In this document: positions 40,118 to 51,290 of the stretch, piece after piece | How positions within the stretch are numbered: the first letter of the stretch is position 1 | How the letters are laid out: every line of letters starts with the position of its first letter | DNA from: Candidatus Latescibacterota bacterium | GTDB taxonomy: Bacteria; Latescibacterota; UBA2968; UBA8231 | NCBI GenBank assembly: GCA_965206595.1 | Contig: OZ242214.1 | Coordinates: forward strand, 5,952,001 to 6,016,000 | Reading direction: 5' to 3' | DNA: 64,000 nt | Notes under the pieces: model-generated | Told to the model about the DNA's origin: nothing | Database searches by the model: none | What the model saw: only the letters and a program-made list of their open reading frames with translations | Made by a program: the position numbers and the translations under genes

Positions 40118-42835
40118 ATGCGGCCGACCTTGCGGCTGGAGAACCCCATCGATACTTCCCGCACCCTGTCCGCCCGGCGCTCCTCGGCCTCTTTCCCGGG
40201 TGCCGGCGGTTTCGGATGGCTGCTGGCGGTGCTCGGCGGCCTCGCGGCACCGGGGTCAGGAGCCGCCGTCGAGCCGCTTCTGGAGGGGCGTGTGCTTCTG
40301 GCTTCGGGGCAACCGGCGGCCGGGGCGCGGGTGCGGCTGTTCGACAGCGCCGACCTGGGGCGCTCGCTGCGGGTCACCACCGATGAGAGCGGCTACTTCG
40401 CGCTGCCCCTGACGGCGCTGCACCGGGCGGCCCCCCTGCCGGCGCGCCTGCACCTGGGTCAGAACTACCCCAACCCGTTCAATCCCTCGACCATCATTCC
40501 GTATCAGCTGCCGGCCCCGACGCGGGTGCGCCTGGAGGTGTTCAACATCCTGGGTCAGCGGGTGGCGACCCTGGTCGACGGGGAGCGTCCGGCCGGTTTT
40601 CACACGGCGGCCTGGAACGGCACGGATGCCTCGGGTCGGGGGGTGGGCTCGGGGGTGTATCTGTACCGGCTGTTAGGCGGCGGGGAGCGCCTGACGCGGT
40701 CGATGGTGCTGCTGGACGGGCCGGTGGTCCCGGCAGGTGGAGGGGGCTCCGGCGGGGCCGCGGATCCCTGGGGCGGAGGAGCCGGCGCGGATGCAGGGAG
40801 CTTCGGCGGGGCCGACTCCTGGAGCGGGGCGGCAGGCACGGCGGATGGGTTCGCTTCTGCGGGTCACCCCCCGGGGAGCGCCGCGGGTGGAGCGGTCTCC
40901 GAGGGTGCGGCCGATCCATCAGACAAGCCCGCAGGAGCAAGAGGTGCCGGTCCGGAGAAGTGGGCTCCGGCCAGCGGAGCAGCGGGAGCAGCCTCCGGGG
41001 GGGCGAGTCCAGCGGGTCCGACAGGCGGGACGGGGGCGGGCTTCGAGGGCGGCGCAGATCCATCAGGCAGGACCGGCGGAGTGGGAGCGGCTGGTTTCGG
41101 GACGTGGGCTTCGGGCATGGGCGAGGGGCCGGTCTACGGGCTGACGGTCTCGGGCCCGGAGCTGGTCCCTTACGTCGACCCGGCCTTCCGGGTGGAGGGC
41201 GGGCCGGTCGAGATTCAGGTTCAGCCGCTGTCATCCCTTCCTCGCGGGAAAGCGCTGGCGGGCGGCGGCCTGCTGGGCGACGTCGACGGCAACGGCCGGG
41301 TCGACCTCGCCGACGCCCTGCTCATCGCCTCGTACAGCGAGGATCCGACCCTGTCCCTTGGCAACGGCGACCTCACCCTGGGAGACGTCAACGGGGACGG
41401 GCAGGTCGATCTGGCCGACGCCCGGCTCATCGAGGCCTACCACGCCGACCCGTCCGACCCGTCGCTGCCGGAAGGGATCGGGTCCTTGGCGGCCGGCGGG
41501 GATACGACCTGGCTCTACTGGACGGACGCGGACGGCGACCGCATTCAGCGCTCCCGCCTGGACGGCTCCGGGGTCGAGGACGTGATCGACAGCGGCCTGG
41601 TCAATCCGCGCGGCCTGGCCGTGGACTCAGCGGCCGGCCAGCTCTACTGGACCGACTACGGCAGCGACCGGATTCAGCGCGCCAATCTCGACGGCTCTCA
41701 AGTCGAGGACCTCGTCACCACCGGTCTGCGCATCCCCCTGGGCCTGGCCCTCGACGCGGGAACGGGCAAGCTCTACTGGACGGACAACGGCAGCGACAAG
41801 ATCCAGCGGTCCAACCTCGACGGCTCTCAAGTCGAGGATGTGGTCACCGGCCTGCAGACGCCGCTGAGCCTGGCCCTGGATGCAGCCGGCGGCCAGCTCT
41901 ACTGGACCGACAGCGGCGCCGACAAGATCCAGCGGTCCAACCTCGACGGCTCCGAAATCGAGGACCTGGTCGCCACCGGCCTGGACCTTCCCCGGGGGCT
42001 GGCCGTGGACGCAGCCGGGGGCAAGCTCTACTGGACGGACAACGGCAGCGACCAGATTCAGCGGGCCAACCTCGACGGCTCCGAGGTGGAAGAGCTGGTA
42101 AGCACCGGCTTGCACACCCCCCGGGGCCTGGCCCTCGACGCGGACGCGGGCAAGCTCTATTGGACGGACAGCGGCACCGGCAAGATCCAGCGGGCGAATC
42201 TCGACGGCTCTGAAATCGAAGACCTGGTGACCGAGGGCCTGCTGAGTCCGCGGGGCCTGGTTCTGGTGCGGACTGCCGGGGCCGCCCGAAACCGGGCCCC
42301 GGTACTGGCGCCACTGGCCGACCGGGCCGCGGCGGCCGGCGACACCCTGACCCTGGCGGCGGCCGCCAGCGACCCGGACGGCGACGCCCTGACCTACACG
42401 GCTTCATCGAGCGACGAGGCGGTAGCCAGGGTCGAGGCGGCCGATTCCCTGCTGACGGTCTACGCGCTGTCGATGGGCCGGGCCACGATCACCGCGACCG
42501 TCCGCGACCCGGAGGGCCTGGAGGCCGTGCAGCGCTTCGCCGTCCTCGTCGGAGCCGGGGGCCCCGGGACCGTCGTCCGGCTCTACTGGACGGACGCGGA
42601 GACGGACCGGATCCGGCGGTCCCACCTCGACGGCACGGGGGTGGAGGACGTCGTCGACCGCGGCCTGGTCAATCCGCGCGGGCTGGCCGTGGACGAGACG
42701 GCCGCCAAGCTCTACTGGACCGACTACGGCAGCGACCGCATCCAGCGGTCCAACCTCGACGGCTCCGAGGTGGAAGACCTGTCCACTGCTTTGGCATTTC
42801 ATACCATTTCTTACCCTACCGTAAAGTTCCTTTAA
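40118..42835 (+). pseudogene. Secreted FlgD-Ig + dockerin + YWTD propeller + cadherin-like protein, 3'-truncated at ~42781
   Basis: NYPNPFNP, GDVDGNGRVDLADA x2, LYWTD repeats; second propeller breaks into AT-rich sequence. Confidence 0.85.
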
Positions 42836-42966
42836 TCGACTGTATTTCAGGCGGTTACGGCTGATTCGTGGTTTCCTGACGTTTCCTAAGATCCCTTGAC
42901 ATGGCGGTAATTTTGTGATAACGTGGTGAGTAACTCAGGGCGATCAACAAGGAGGAAATCGACCCC

Positions 42967-44157
42967 ATGAAACGTCCCAAAATGCTCTCGGCAACCTTCG
43001 TGCGAAACGTGAACCGGTCCGGCCGCTACGGCGACGGGCGCGGCGGCTTCGGGCTCTCGCTGCTGGTCAAGCCCAGGGAGGACAACGGGCGGCTGTCCAA
43101 GACGTGGAGCCAGCGGCTGAACATCGACGGGAAGCTGACCAACGTCGGGCTCGGGCCGTATCCGCTGGTGACGCTCAAGGAGGCGCGGGACAAGGCGCTG
43201 GAGAATCGCCGCGCCGTCGAGCAGGGCTCAGACCCCCGCGCCCAACGCGCCGCCGCCCGCGTTCTCACCTTCGCCGCCTCCGCCGAGGCCGTCATCAAAA
43301 TCCACGCCGAGACCTGGAAGAACGGGGGCCGGTCGGAGGACAACTGGCGCAAGAGCCTCGGCGAGTACGTCATGCCCCGGCTCGGGCGCAAGCCGGTGGA
43401 CAAGATCACTACGTCGGACGTGCTGGCCGTCATCACGCCGATCTGGTCGTCGCGTCGGGAGACGGCCAAGCGGGTGCGCCAGCGGATCTCGGCGGTGATG
43501 AAGTGGGCGGTGGCCGAGGGCCACCGCGAGGACAACCCGGCCGGCGACGCCATCCAGGCGGCCTTGCCCAAGAACGAGATGGCGAAGGTCCACTACAAGG
43601 CGTTGCCGCATGCCGAGGTCGGCGCGGCGCTGCGCACGATGCGGGCCGCCGACGTATGGGAGCCGAGGAAGCTGGCTATCGAGTTCCTCGTGCTCACGGC
43701 GACGCGGTCGAACGAAGTCCGGGGGGCGCGGTGGGAGGAAATCGAGGACGCGACGTGGACGATCCCGGCCGAGCGCATGAAGAAGGGCCGGGAGCACCGC
43801 GTGCCGCTGGCTCCTCGAGCCCTGGCGGTGCTGGAGGCGGCGCGCGCCTACGACGACCGCTCGGGGCTGGTGTTCCCCAGCTCGCGCGGCGGCAAGCAGT
43901 CCGACGGGTCGCTGTCGCAGTTCGTTAAGCACCTCGGAATCGAGGCGGTGCCCCACGGGTTCCGAAGCAGCTTCCGCGATTGGGCCGCCGAGTGCTCTCA
44001 AGCGCCCCGCGAGGTCTGCGAGCTGGCCCTGGCCCACGTCAACGACGACCGGACGGAAGCCGCCTACCGGAGAAGCGATCTGTTCGATCTGCGCCGCAAA
44101 CTGATGGAGGACTGGGAGGCGTATCTGGAAATCGAGGTAGTGCCAAAGCGGATCTAG
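42967..44157 (+). CDS. P4-like tyrosine integrase with Arm-binding domain
   Basis: GLGPYPLVTLKEAR, TATRSNE, HGFRSSF, LAH, AAY. Confidence 0.95.
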   Translation: MKRPKMLSATFVRNVNRSGRYGDGRGGFGLSLLVKPREDNGRLSKTWSQRLNIDGKLTNVGLGPYPLVTLKEARDKALENRRAVEQGSDPRAQRAAARVLTFAASAEAVIKIHAETWKNGGRSEDNWRKSLGEYVMPRLGRKPVDKITTSDVLAVITPIWSSRRETAKRVRQRISAVMKWAVAEGHREDNPAGDAIQAALPKNEMAKVHYKALPHAEVGAALRTMRAADVWEPRKLAIEFLVLTATRSNEVRGARWEEIEDATWTIPAERMKKGREHRVPLAPRALAVLEAARAYDDRSGLVFPSSRGGKQSDGSLSQFVKHLGIEAVPHGFRSSFRDWAAECSQAPREVCELALAHVNDDRTEAAYRRSDLFDLRRKLMEDWEAYLEIEVVPKRI

Positions 44158-44828
44158 GAGTCGCCTGAAAGGAAAAAAACCACATATGTGCCAATTATTC
44201 ATAGACGACGCAAAGAAGCCAGAAAAACCCCATCATCGCACAACGCCGACTGTGGATTTCAAGGAGGACGACGACGCCCGTCGTCATCGAGGTTGATTGC
44301 GGCGACGTCGGCGCGTTCAAGGTTGAGCGCACCACCAACGACAACGAGGTCGCCTTTTTTCAGCGCACCCCCTCGGACGACTGGCAACAGATCGAAACCG
44401 GGCGGTCCACGGAACTGTTGATCCTGGTTCACACCCTCGTCGAGGCGTTCGTGGCGTTGAACCGGGAAGGAATAACCCCACCGGCGCCAGCCGGGCCTTT
44501 GAACGAGCGGCCCGGGCCCACCCTGGAGGCATGGGGTGGATGATTCTGAGGCGGTCGGCCAAAAGGGGGCTGGGAATTTTTTTGTTTCCCCTTGACCCTG
44601 TACGATCCACACGATTTCGTATTTCAAATACGTAGCAGAAGCTGGCTGCGAGCTGGCTTTTATCTGGATGGGTGGCAGAGGGGCCACAACGCAAGGTACC
44701 CGGCTCTCCAGGAATCCTTCTTTTTCCACGTTTACCGGGGTGGCTGTATCGCCCAGGTAAGTTGATCGGCTGCGCCTCAACCGAACCCTTGGGGGTTCCC
44801 CCGGCGTGGCTGGAGAGGAGTCCTTGGT

Positions 44829-45050
44829 ATGAGTGGTATTTTGCGTTTGCCGGCGGTTCTTGAGCTGACCGGTCTCAGCCGCACGACGATCTGGCGGAAG
44901 GTCAAGCGGGGGGAGTTTCCCCAACCGGTGGCCCTCGGAGCCCGCGCTCGCGGCTGGCGAGCTTCGGAGGTCCAGGAGTGGATAGACAGCCGGCAGCCCG
45001 TCGGGGAAGTGGCTGAAGAGCCGGCCGTCGTGGCGGGGGGAGGAGGATGA
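44829..45050 (+). CDS. AlpA-family regulator/excisionase
   Basis: ILRLPAVLELTGLSRTTIWRKVKRGEFPQP. Confidence 0.9.
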   Translation: MSGILRLPAVLELTGLSRTTIWRKVKRGEFPQPVALGARARGWRASEVQEWIDSRQPVGEVAEEPAVVAGGGG

Positions 45051-46003
45051 ACAACCCGCCCGTCGTCGTCCTGAGTGACCTGCCGCGGTCGCTGACCGTT
45101 TCGGACCCGGCGCGTGAGCTCATGGACGCCAGCGTCTCGGCGAATACGCGCCGTGCCTACCGGTCGGCCTTGAACAAGTTCGGCGATCGCCTCGCCGGGG
45201 CTCCCGTCACCGACGAGGCCATCGCCGACTACCTCGCCTCGTTGCACGAGGCCGGCAAGTCCCCGCAGACCTGCAGCCAGGTGGTGGCCGCGCTCAAGTT
45301 CGCGGCCAAGCTGCACGGGATGACCCCGCCCCTCGGCCCGGTGACCAACCGGGTCCTTGGCGGGATCCGGCGCTCAGGCCGGGGCCGAGGGCGGGGGCAG
45401 GTCCAGGGCGTGAGCTTCTCGCAGTCCGACACGGCGGCCACCTTCGCCGAGAAGAAGGGGGAGGCTCTGGCCGATGCGCGCGAGGCGGCGATCCTTGCCG
45501 TCGCCTCCGACGCCATGCTCAGGGCCAGCGAGGTGGCCGCGCTTCAGGTCTCAGACATTGCCTGCGAACCCGATGGCACGGGCACTGTGACCATCCGGTC
45601 GAGCAAGACCGGCCAGGAAGGGCGCGGATCGGTTCAGTTCCTCGGGCCTCCTACCGTGGCCCGGATCCAGGCGTGGGTGGAGGGGGCCGGCATCCGGGAG
45701 GGACCGATATTCCGCCGCGTCTTTGTCGGGGGCAGTCGCGTCGGGGACAAGAAAATGAACGTGGACAGCGTCCGGAAGATCATCCAGAAGCGGTGCGCCG
45801 CCATCGGGATTGTGGAACACGTCTCCGGCCACTCGCTTCGGGTCGGCGGGGCTCAGTCGCTGGCCGCCGGCGGGGCCTCGCTGCCGGAAATGCAGACGGC
45901 CGGACGCTGGGAATCGCCGCAGATGCCGGGACACTACGCACGGGGCCAACTAGCCGCCAAGGGAGCTGTTGCGCGGATCAAGTACCCACATGGGGACCAA
46001 TGA
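45047..46003 (+). CDS. Cre-like tyrosine recombinase
   Basis: SANTRRAY, LRASE, SKT, SGHSLRVG, GRW...HY. Confidence 0.9.
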   Translation: MNNPPVVVLSDLPRSLTVSDPARELMDASVSANTRRAYRSALNKFGDRLAGAPVTDEAIADYLASLHEAGKSPQTCSQVVAALKFAAKLHGMTPPLGPVTNRVLGGIRRSGRGRGRGQVQGVSFSQSDTAATFAEKKGEALADAREAAILAVASDAMLRASEVAALQVSDIACEPDGTGTVTIRSSKTGQEGRGSVQFLGPPTVARIQAWVEGAGIREGPIFRRVFVGGSRVGDKKMNVDSVRKIIQKRCAAIGIVEHVSGHSLRVGGAQSLAAGGASLPEMQTAGRWESPQMPGHYARGQLAAKGAVARIKYPHGDQ

Positions 46004-46488
46004 AATGGGCCCCACGGATTCTTGACTTGGCAGACGTCTTCCGAGGGAAGACCCTTTCCGCGCAGGTTTGGCGCGCGGATGCCAGTGTCTCCCCAAGAAC
46101 CAAGAGAAATTACCGATCTGCGCTGGCGAAGTTCGACGAGGCGGTGGCCGGCAAACCCGTTGCCGACTCCGTAATCGCGGACTACCTCGCCGACCTGCAC
46201 GCGGCCGGAAAATCACCGGGGGACGTGCAACCGGGTCGTTACTGCTCTCAAGTACCGCGCCCGGCTGCAGGGCACCCCGTTGCCCGGGACCTGGACAATC
46301 TGGCTCTGGCCCTTCCAAACGTGAACCGATCCAAGTCTGGCAAGGATGCGGCCGAATGGCTTCCGAAGCGTAGTCGGTGCTGGTTCGCCCGAACCATAAT
46401 CCGGGTGAAGGCGAAGTACGGGCTCAGCGTAGATGCCCGGGAAAAAGCCGCCTTGACCAAGACACTACAGACGTGTAGCGTTCCCTGA
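46000..46488 (+). pseudogene. Chimeric remnant: recombinase N-terminal paralog joined to DUF1524 HNH C-terminus
   Basis: ASVSPRTKRNYRSALAKF...LHAAGKSP, then DLDNLALALPNVN...KYGLSVD. Confidence 0.7.
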
Positions 46489-46683
46489 AATGGAAGGAAA
46501 TGAGGACTACGATGACAATTCTAGATGAGGTACGCACAGTTTGCTGAATATCCTAAAAGAAGCAAGCACCGTTGATGCTCAGCTAAGAGCTGCAGAGTTA
46601 CTCATACGAATCGAAGCAGAGGATTCCGTTGCGCTAATCAACGGAAGAGTTGTCGCGCTTTAGCAAATTATCGGCCCGGAACG

Positions 46684-46870
46684 TGTCAATGAGAATGAGA
46701 CACTACGCGAAAAAGTTTACTGTCCTATTCGTGCGCATTCGATGGTGGTCGGAGGTGGGTTGATCCACACCTCGGCCGGTAACTTGGGCGCCTGAGGGGC
46801 CCCGTTGACGAAGCGCTCGGGATGTCGTGTGCAGGCGTCATCGAGGACGCGTTGCCGCGCAGACTGGAGT
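46684..46870 (-). mobile_element. IS3-family 3' remnant
   Basis: Minus frame HPERFVNGAPQAPKLPAEVWINPP; end TGTCTCATTCTCATTGACA. Confidence 0.65.
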
Positions 46871-46996
46871 TGGGTGCCCTTGAAAGCCTGCAGTAGGACT
46901 GGTCCCTCCAGTTCCTTTTCTGCCTCTCCTGCTTAATCACCTACATAATTCCCTTTTGAAAAGGCTGAACAGGCGGGCTGAAAACGGAAATCAAGG

Positions 46997-47156
46997 TTGA
47001 CTCCTTCGTATTAACCCCATTTTCAGGATGTTCAGCGATTCAGCACACTAGAGCGCCACTATATATTGGCCAACTAAGACAAGGCATACACTATATGTTG
47101 TATAAAAAACCGGGGCATTCTGGGGACGTAGGGTTTTTACGAGAGAATCAAGGTTG
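46997..47156 (-). promoter_or_regulatory. Leader with tandem NrdR-box-like sites, copy 1
   Basis: CCACTATATATTGGCC (47056) and ACACTATATGTTGTAT (47088), 32 bp apart; AAGGAG downstream. Confidence 0.65.
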
Positions 47157-47267
47157 CTGTACAGGTTGTCCAGAGTGGCTCTGACGGGTGTACTCAGGTC
47201 AATGATTTTCAGAAAAAACAACGGGTTGGGACGATAACAACGATTTCATTCCTAAAAGCGGCACTTT

Positions 47268-47755
47268 TTACCTGGTCAACGTCTGCCCCAGTTCCTCCAA
47301 GTCGGAAAAGAATCGCGTCTCCGCGAGCTCGGCGGCCAGCGCCAGCCCCTGGTCCTCGGCCCATTCGGGAGGCAGGACGACTATCGTCCCGCCGGACAAC
47401 CGGTTGGCCGACGTCGCTTTCAGCCCGGGCTCCCACGCGCTGGCGGGGCAGACATGAGTTGCCCTGGCTCCATGCGTTGCGCGCACCACCACGACCAGCT
47501 CCCACCCCCCTTCCGGTTGCCGCAGGCCGACGACGTGGCCGTTGCGGACTTTCAGTAGTTCGGTGCCGGGCACCAGGGGAACGTGCCGGATCTCCCCGAG
47601 GTTCTTCCGGACGCGAGCGCGGTAGGACTTCGAGCGCTTGTCGGCCTTCCCCCCCCTGGCGTATCCCTGAGCAGGTGCCCGAGCAGGTCTTGACGTTCGG
47701 CTGCAATTTCCGCCGGGCGGTTGGAATGGTTTTTCTGCAAACACTGCACTTCATA
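47268..47755 (-). pseudogene. Zn-finger hypothetical protein, frameshifted paralog of 49429-49941
   Basis: MKCSVC...CSGTC, then GHVVGL...HVCPASAW in a second frame. Confidence 0.6.
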
Positions 47756-47807
47756 GGTGCCCCTTTCCTTTCCCCTCTCTGGTATCCACTGAGGCCGTCC
47801 CGCCCCC

Positions 47808-47976
47808 TCATACGACGCGCAGAATGGCGTTGAGGATGCGGCGCCCCCACGAAAAGGTCGGGTGGCGCTCGGTCCACAGCGCTTTGAACCGCTCGCTTTC
47901 CCGGCGTCGGCGGTCCGCGGCCTCCAGATCGGCGGCGGCGGCGGTCTCGAAATCCCGTTGCGTAAGGGGGGTCATC
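47808..47976 (-). CDS. Small hypothetical protein, paralog of 49979-50165
   Basis: PLTQRDFETAA...RRRESE...W. Confidence 0.55.
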
Positions 47977-48038
47977 GCTTCTTCGTCTCCTCCGTCTTTG
48001 TTGCCCATTCGTTTCTCCTCGTTTCCTAAAGCTAAAGA

Positions 48039-48213
48039 TTGACTCCTTCGTATAAACCCCATTTTGAGGATGTTCAGCGATTCAGCACATTAGAGCGCCA
48101 CTATATATTGGCCAACAAAGACAAGGCATACACTATATGTTGTGTGATAAAATGTTGTGTGATAAACCGGACATTCTGAGCGACGTAGGGTTTTTACGAG
48201 AGAATCAAGATTG
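48039..48213 (-). promoter_or_regulatory. Leader with tandem NrdR-box-like sites, copy 2
   Basis: Boxes at 48098 and 48130 (ACACTATATGTTGTGT); direct repeat of 46997-47156. Confidence 0.65.
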
Positions 48214-48690
48214 TTTCCCCCTTGGAAGGTGCCAAGCCCCCGGCAGCTCCTCACCGCCGGCAGCTCCCGTTTCCGGGCCGGTCCGAGGGGGAAAGGGGTT
48301 ATCGCTCGTTGGCAGGGTGCCGCGATTCGGCCCCGGTGGAGCCGCGCCCTAAGCTGCTGGTTCTGCTTGCGCAGGGCGCAGACCCGCTCTCCCAGCGCCT
48401 GAACGGCGTCCCACGGCCAGGGGATGCCGCTCCCCTGCCGGTCGGGGACATACTGCTCCTGCTCCGGGTCCCACTTCTCGACGCGGACGAAGCGGCCTTT
48501 GCCTCCCGGCCGCTCCACCATGAGGACGCGGATCGGCTCCGCGTACCCGGGCGTCTCCTTCGCTTGCTCTCGTAGATGACCTGATCCATCGTGCTTCTCC
48601 TTCCGGGGGAGTGAGCGCCGGCACGTGGGTCACCGGCTGTAGGATTCCGACCGCGCCCCGAAAGGCGCGGCCCCCCCTCCGTTGCTTTTC

Positions 48691-49020
48691 CTACCGGAAC
48701 GGGTTGACTGCCTTCTCCATCAGCCCCTTGACCTCGCGGAGGTCGGCTGCCAGCGCCCCGAAGTGCGCGTCGAGGTAGTCGGTGTAGCCGGAATCGAGCG
48801 CCGGCTGAGCGGGCCGGGCCGGCCCGAAATACTCCTTGACCACTTCGGTCAGGTCCTCGTCGGTAAGCTTCAGCTCGCCGCCGATCCCGATCAGCTCCTC
48901 GGCGGATGTGACCGATTGACGGATGCCGCGCGGTCCGCGCTGGACGCACAGCCTGCCGGCGATGTCGTGCAGGGACACCACGCGCTGTCCGTCGTTGGTT
49001 TTCGTGAAAAGCTCAGCCAT
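48691..49020 (-). CDS. Hypothetical protein, paralog of the N-terminus of 50601-51212
   Basis: Shared LHDIAGxLCVQRGPRGIRQ. Confidence 0.65.
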   Translation of the reverse strand: MAELFTKTNDGQRVVSLHDIAGRLCVQRGPRGIRQSVTSAEELIGIGGELKLTDEDLTEVVKEYFGPARPAQPALDSGYTDYLDAHFGALAADLREVKGLMEKAVNPFR

Positions 49021-49428
49021 TGGGATGGCCCTTTCAGCCCCGTTAGGGCGGTTGTGGAGGCCGCAGCCGGGGCCACGGCCTCCCGCGGGGTGGGGTTACT
49101 ACTCGGGTGCGTCCACGAGCGCCGGCGCAAAGCCGGGCGGCGTCCAGCGTCTGAGGCGGTCCCTGGCCTTCTCGGACAGGGTCGGCTCGCCGTCCGGGTT
49201 GCGGAACACGGCCTCGGCGCACTCGGCCAACTCGCCCTTCTTGTAGCCCTTGAACCCCATCGGTAGGGGGTCTCCACGACGCACAGCGCGCCGCCCGGCA
49301 CCCATACCGACGTGGTGCGCTGACCTTTGTGGCGCAGCACCCCGTCATGGCGCTGCCGGGCCGCCTCCACCGCTTGCTCCTTTTGACATTTAGCCTATCC
49401 CAATCAGGACAGGCTAAATGTATCCCAA

Positions 49429-49941
49429 TCAATTCTTGGGCCTGCGCCCCCTTGTCTTCTTTTTACCCTGGGTCAACGCCTGTCGCAGGTCCTCCAGATA
49501 CGGGAACTGCCTCTTCTCGAGCTTGGCCGCCCGCGCCTGGTCCTCGGCCCATTCGGGGGGCAGGACGGCTACCGTCGTCGCCCCCGCCAGCCGGGTGTCG
49601 GACCTCGCTTTCAGCTCGGGGTCCCAGGCGCTTGCGGGGCAGGCATGGATGGCCCTGCCTGCAAACGTCGCCCGAATCACCACGACCAGTTGCCACTCCC
49701 CTTCGGGTTGCTCCAGACCGACGACGTGGCCCTTGCGGACTTTCAGTTCGGTGCCGGGGACCAGGGCAACGTGTCGGATCTCTTCGAGGTTTCCCCGGAC
49801 GCGCTTGAGGTAGGACTTCCCGCGCTCGTTGGCGAGCCGCCCCTGGCGTATCCCCGAACAAGTGTCGGAGCAGGTTCTGGCGTGCGGCTTTTCTCTCCGC
49901 CGGGTGGCTGGAATGGTTTTTGGGCATTCACTGCACTTCAT
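49429..49941 (-). CDS. Zn-finger hypothetical protein
   Basis: MKCSEC...CSDTC; purine-rich RBS. Confidence 0.6.
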   Translation of the reverse strand: MKCSECPKTIPATRRREKPHARTCSDTCSGIRQGRLANERGKSYLKRVRGNLEEIRHVALVPGTELKVRKGHVVGLEQPEGEWQLVVVIRATFAGRAIHACPASAWDPELKARSDTRLAGATTVAVLPPEWAEDQARAAKLEKRQFPYLEDLRQALTQGKKKTRGRRPKN

Positions 49942-50600
49942 GGTTCGACCTTCCCCTTTTTGGTATGCTCTGAGGGCGTCATAGCAGGGCTCCCAGGAAG
50001 CGCAGGAAGCGGTTGAGGATGCAGCGCCCCCACGGTTCGTGGGGGTTGCGCTCATCCCACTGCGCTTTGAGCTGCTCGCTTTCCCGGCGCCGGCTGTCGG
50101 CGGCGGCCCGATCGGTCTCGGCGGCGGTCTCGAAATCCCGATGCGTAAGGGGTTTCCGTTTCATCCCTTCGCCTCCGCCTCCTGCGGGGTCAAGGCGCTT
50201 CCGGGGTCCATTTCGTTTCTCCCGGTTTCTCCCCCCAAAGATAGCTTGGGCCGGGATTCTGCCCGGTGGAGCCGCGCCCGCAGCTTTTGATTCTCCTTCC
50301 GCAGCGCCTGGACGGCGTCCCACGGCCACGGGATGCGGTCGGGGACCTACAGCTTCTGCTCGGCATCCCACTTCTCGACGCGGACGAAGCGGCCTTTGCC
50401 ATCGGCCCGCTTTGACCAGCAGGACGCGGATCGGGACCGCGTACCCGGGCGTCTTTTTGCGGTTGCTCTCGTAGATGATCTGATCCATTTCGTGCCTGTT
50501 ATCCTCCCGATTGGAGTTTGAGCGCCGGCACTTGGGACACCGGGCTGTAGGATTCCGGCCCGCGCCCCGAGGCCAAACCGGGACGCGGGCCCCCTCTCCG

Positions 50601-51212
50601 TTACTCTGTCGGGATCGGATTCAGTTCGTGCTGGCGCTTGAGCCGGTCGCCGGCGTCGTGGTCGTAGCGCGCGAACCCTTCCCCGTCGACGAAGGCTTTC
50701 AGGTCGTTGCGGCGGATGGCGTGGGCCAGCTCGCGCACCGCCTCGGCGGATCGGTCGTTGGGCCAGTAGGTCTGGTTGACCCACCGCTCGATCTCGTCGG
50801 CGATCTGGCCGCGCTCGGTCGCCGGGTCTGCCGGGACGGCCGGGTCGGCCACCGAGCCGGGCAAGGGGGTCAGCGCCTCCCAGGCGGCGTCGCTGTCGTT
50901 CACGTCGGTATCCTTGCGCCACACCGACCCGTCGTCGCAGAAGGCGATGACGTGGCTGACGATGCCCGGGCCTGCGTTGGATACGGTTTTCAAGACCGTC
51001 CTGCCTTCCGGGGCGGTCCCGAAGTATTTGCCGATGAGCCCGGTGAGGGTTTCGTCGTCGAGGCCGATGTCGCCGGCCACGGCGATGGCTTGATCGGGCG
51101 TGGGTATCTTCTGGCGGATGCCGCGCGGCCCGCGCTGGACGCACAGGTGCCCGGCGATGTCGTGCAACGCCACCACCAGCTCCCCGTTCCGGTTCCTGCC
51201 AAACAGTTCCAT
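50601..51212 (-). CDS. Hypothetical protein
   Basis: GGAGGA RBS; has a paralog in the window. Confidence 0.65.
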   Translation of the reverse strand: MELFGRNRNGELVVALHDIAGHLCVQRGPRGIRQKIPTPDQAIAVAGDIGLDDETLTGLIGKYFGTAPEGRTVLKTVSNAGPGIVSHVIAFCDDGSVWRKDTDVNDSDAAWEALTPLPGSVADPAVPADPATERGQIADEIERWVNQTYWPNDRSAEAVRELAHAIRRNDLKAFVDGEGFARYDHDAGDRLKRQHELNPIPTE

Positions 51213-51290
51213 GTGTCGAATCCTCCAAAAGCCCCCAAGGGGCGTTGCGGAGGCCGCAGCGAAGGGCCACGGCCTCCGTCCGGGTCGGGT

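Noticed and set aside
41500-42780. ~129-bp repeats as an array
   Set aside because: Coding YWTD repeats
42775-42800. tRNA 3' end at the integrase junction
   Set aside because: No T-loop (GTTCGA) or CCA recognisable
44259-44420. DnaB-like fragment (GGALKKGDLVVVGG)
   Set aside because: Too short, and no Walker A follows
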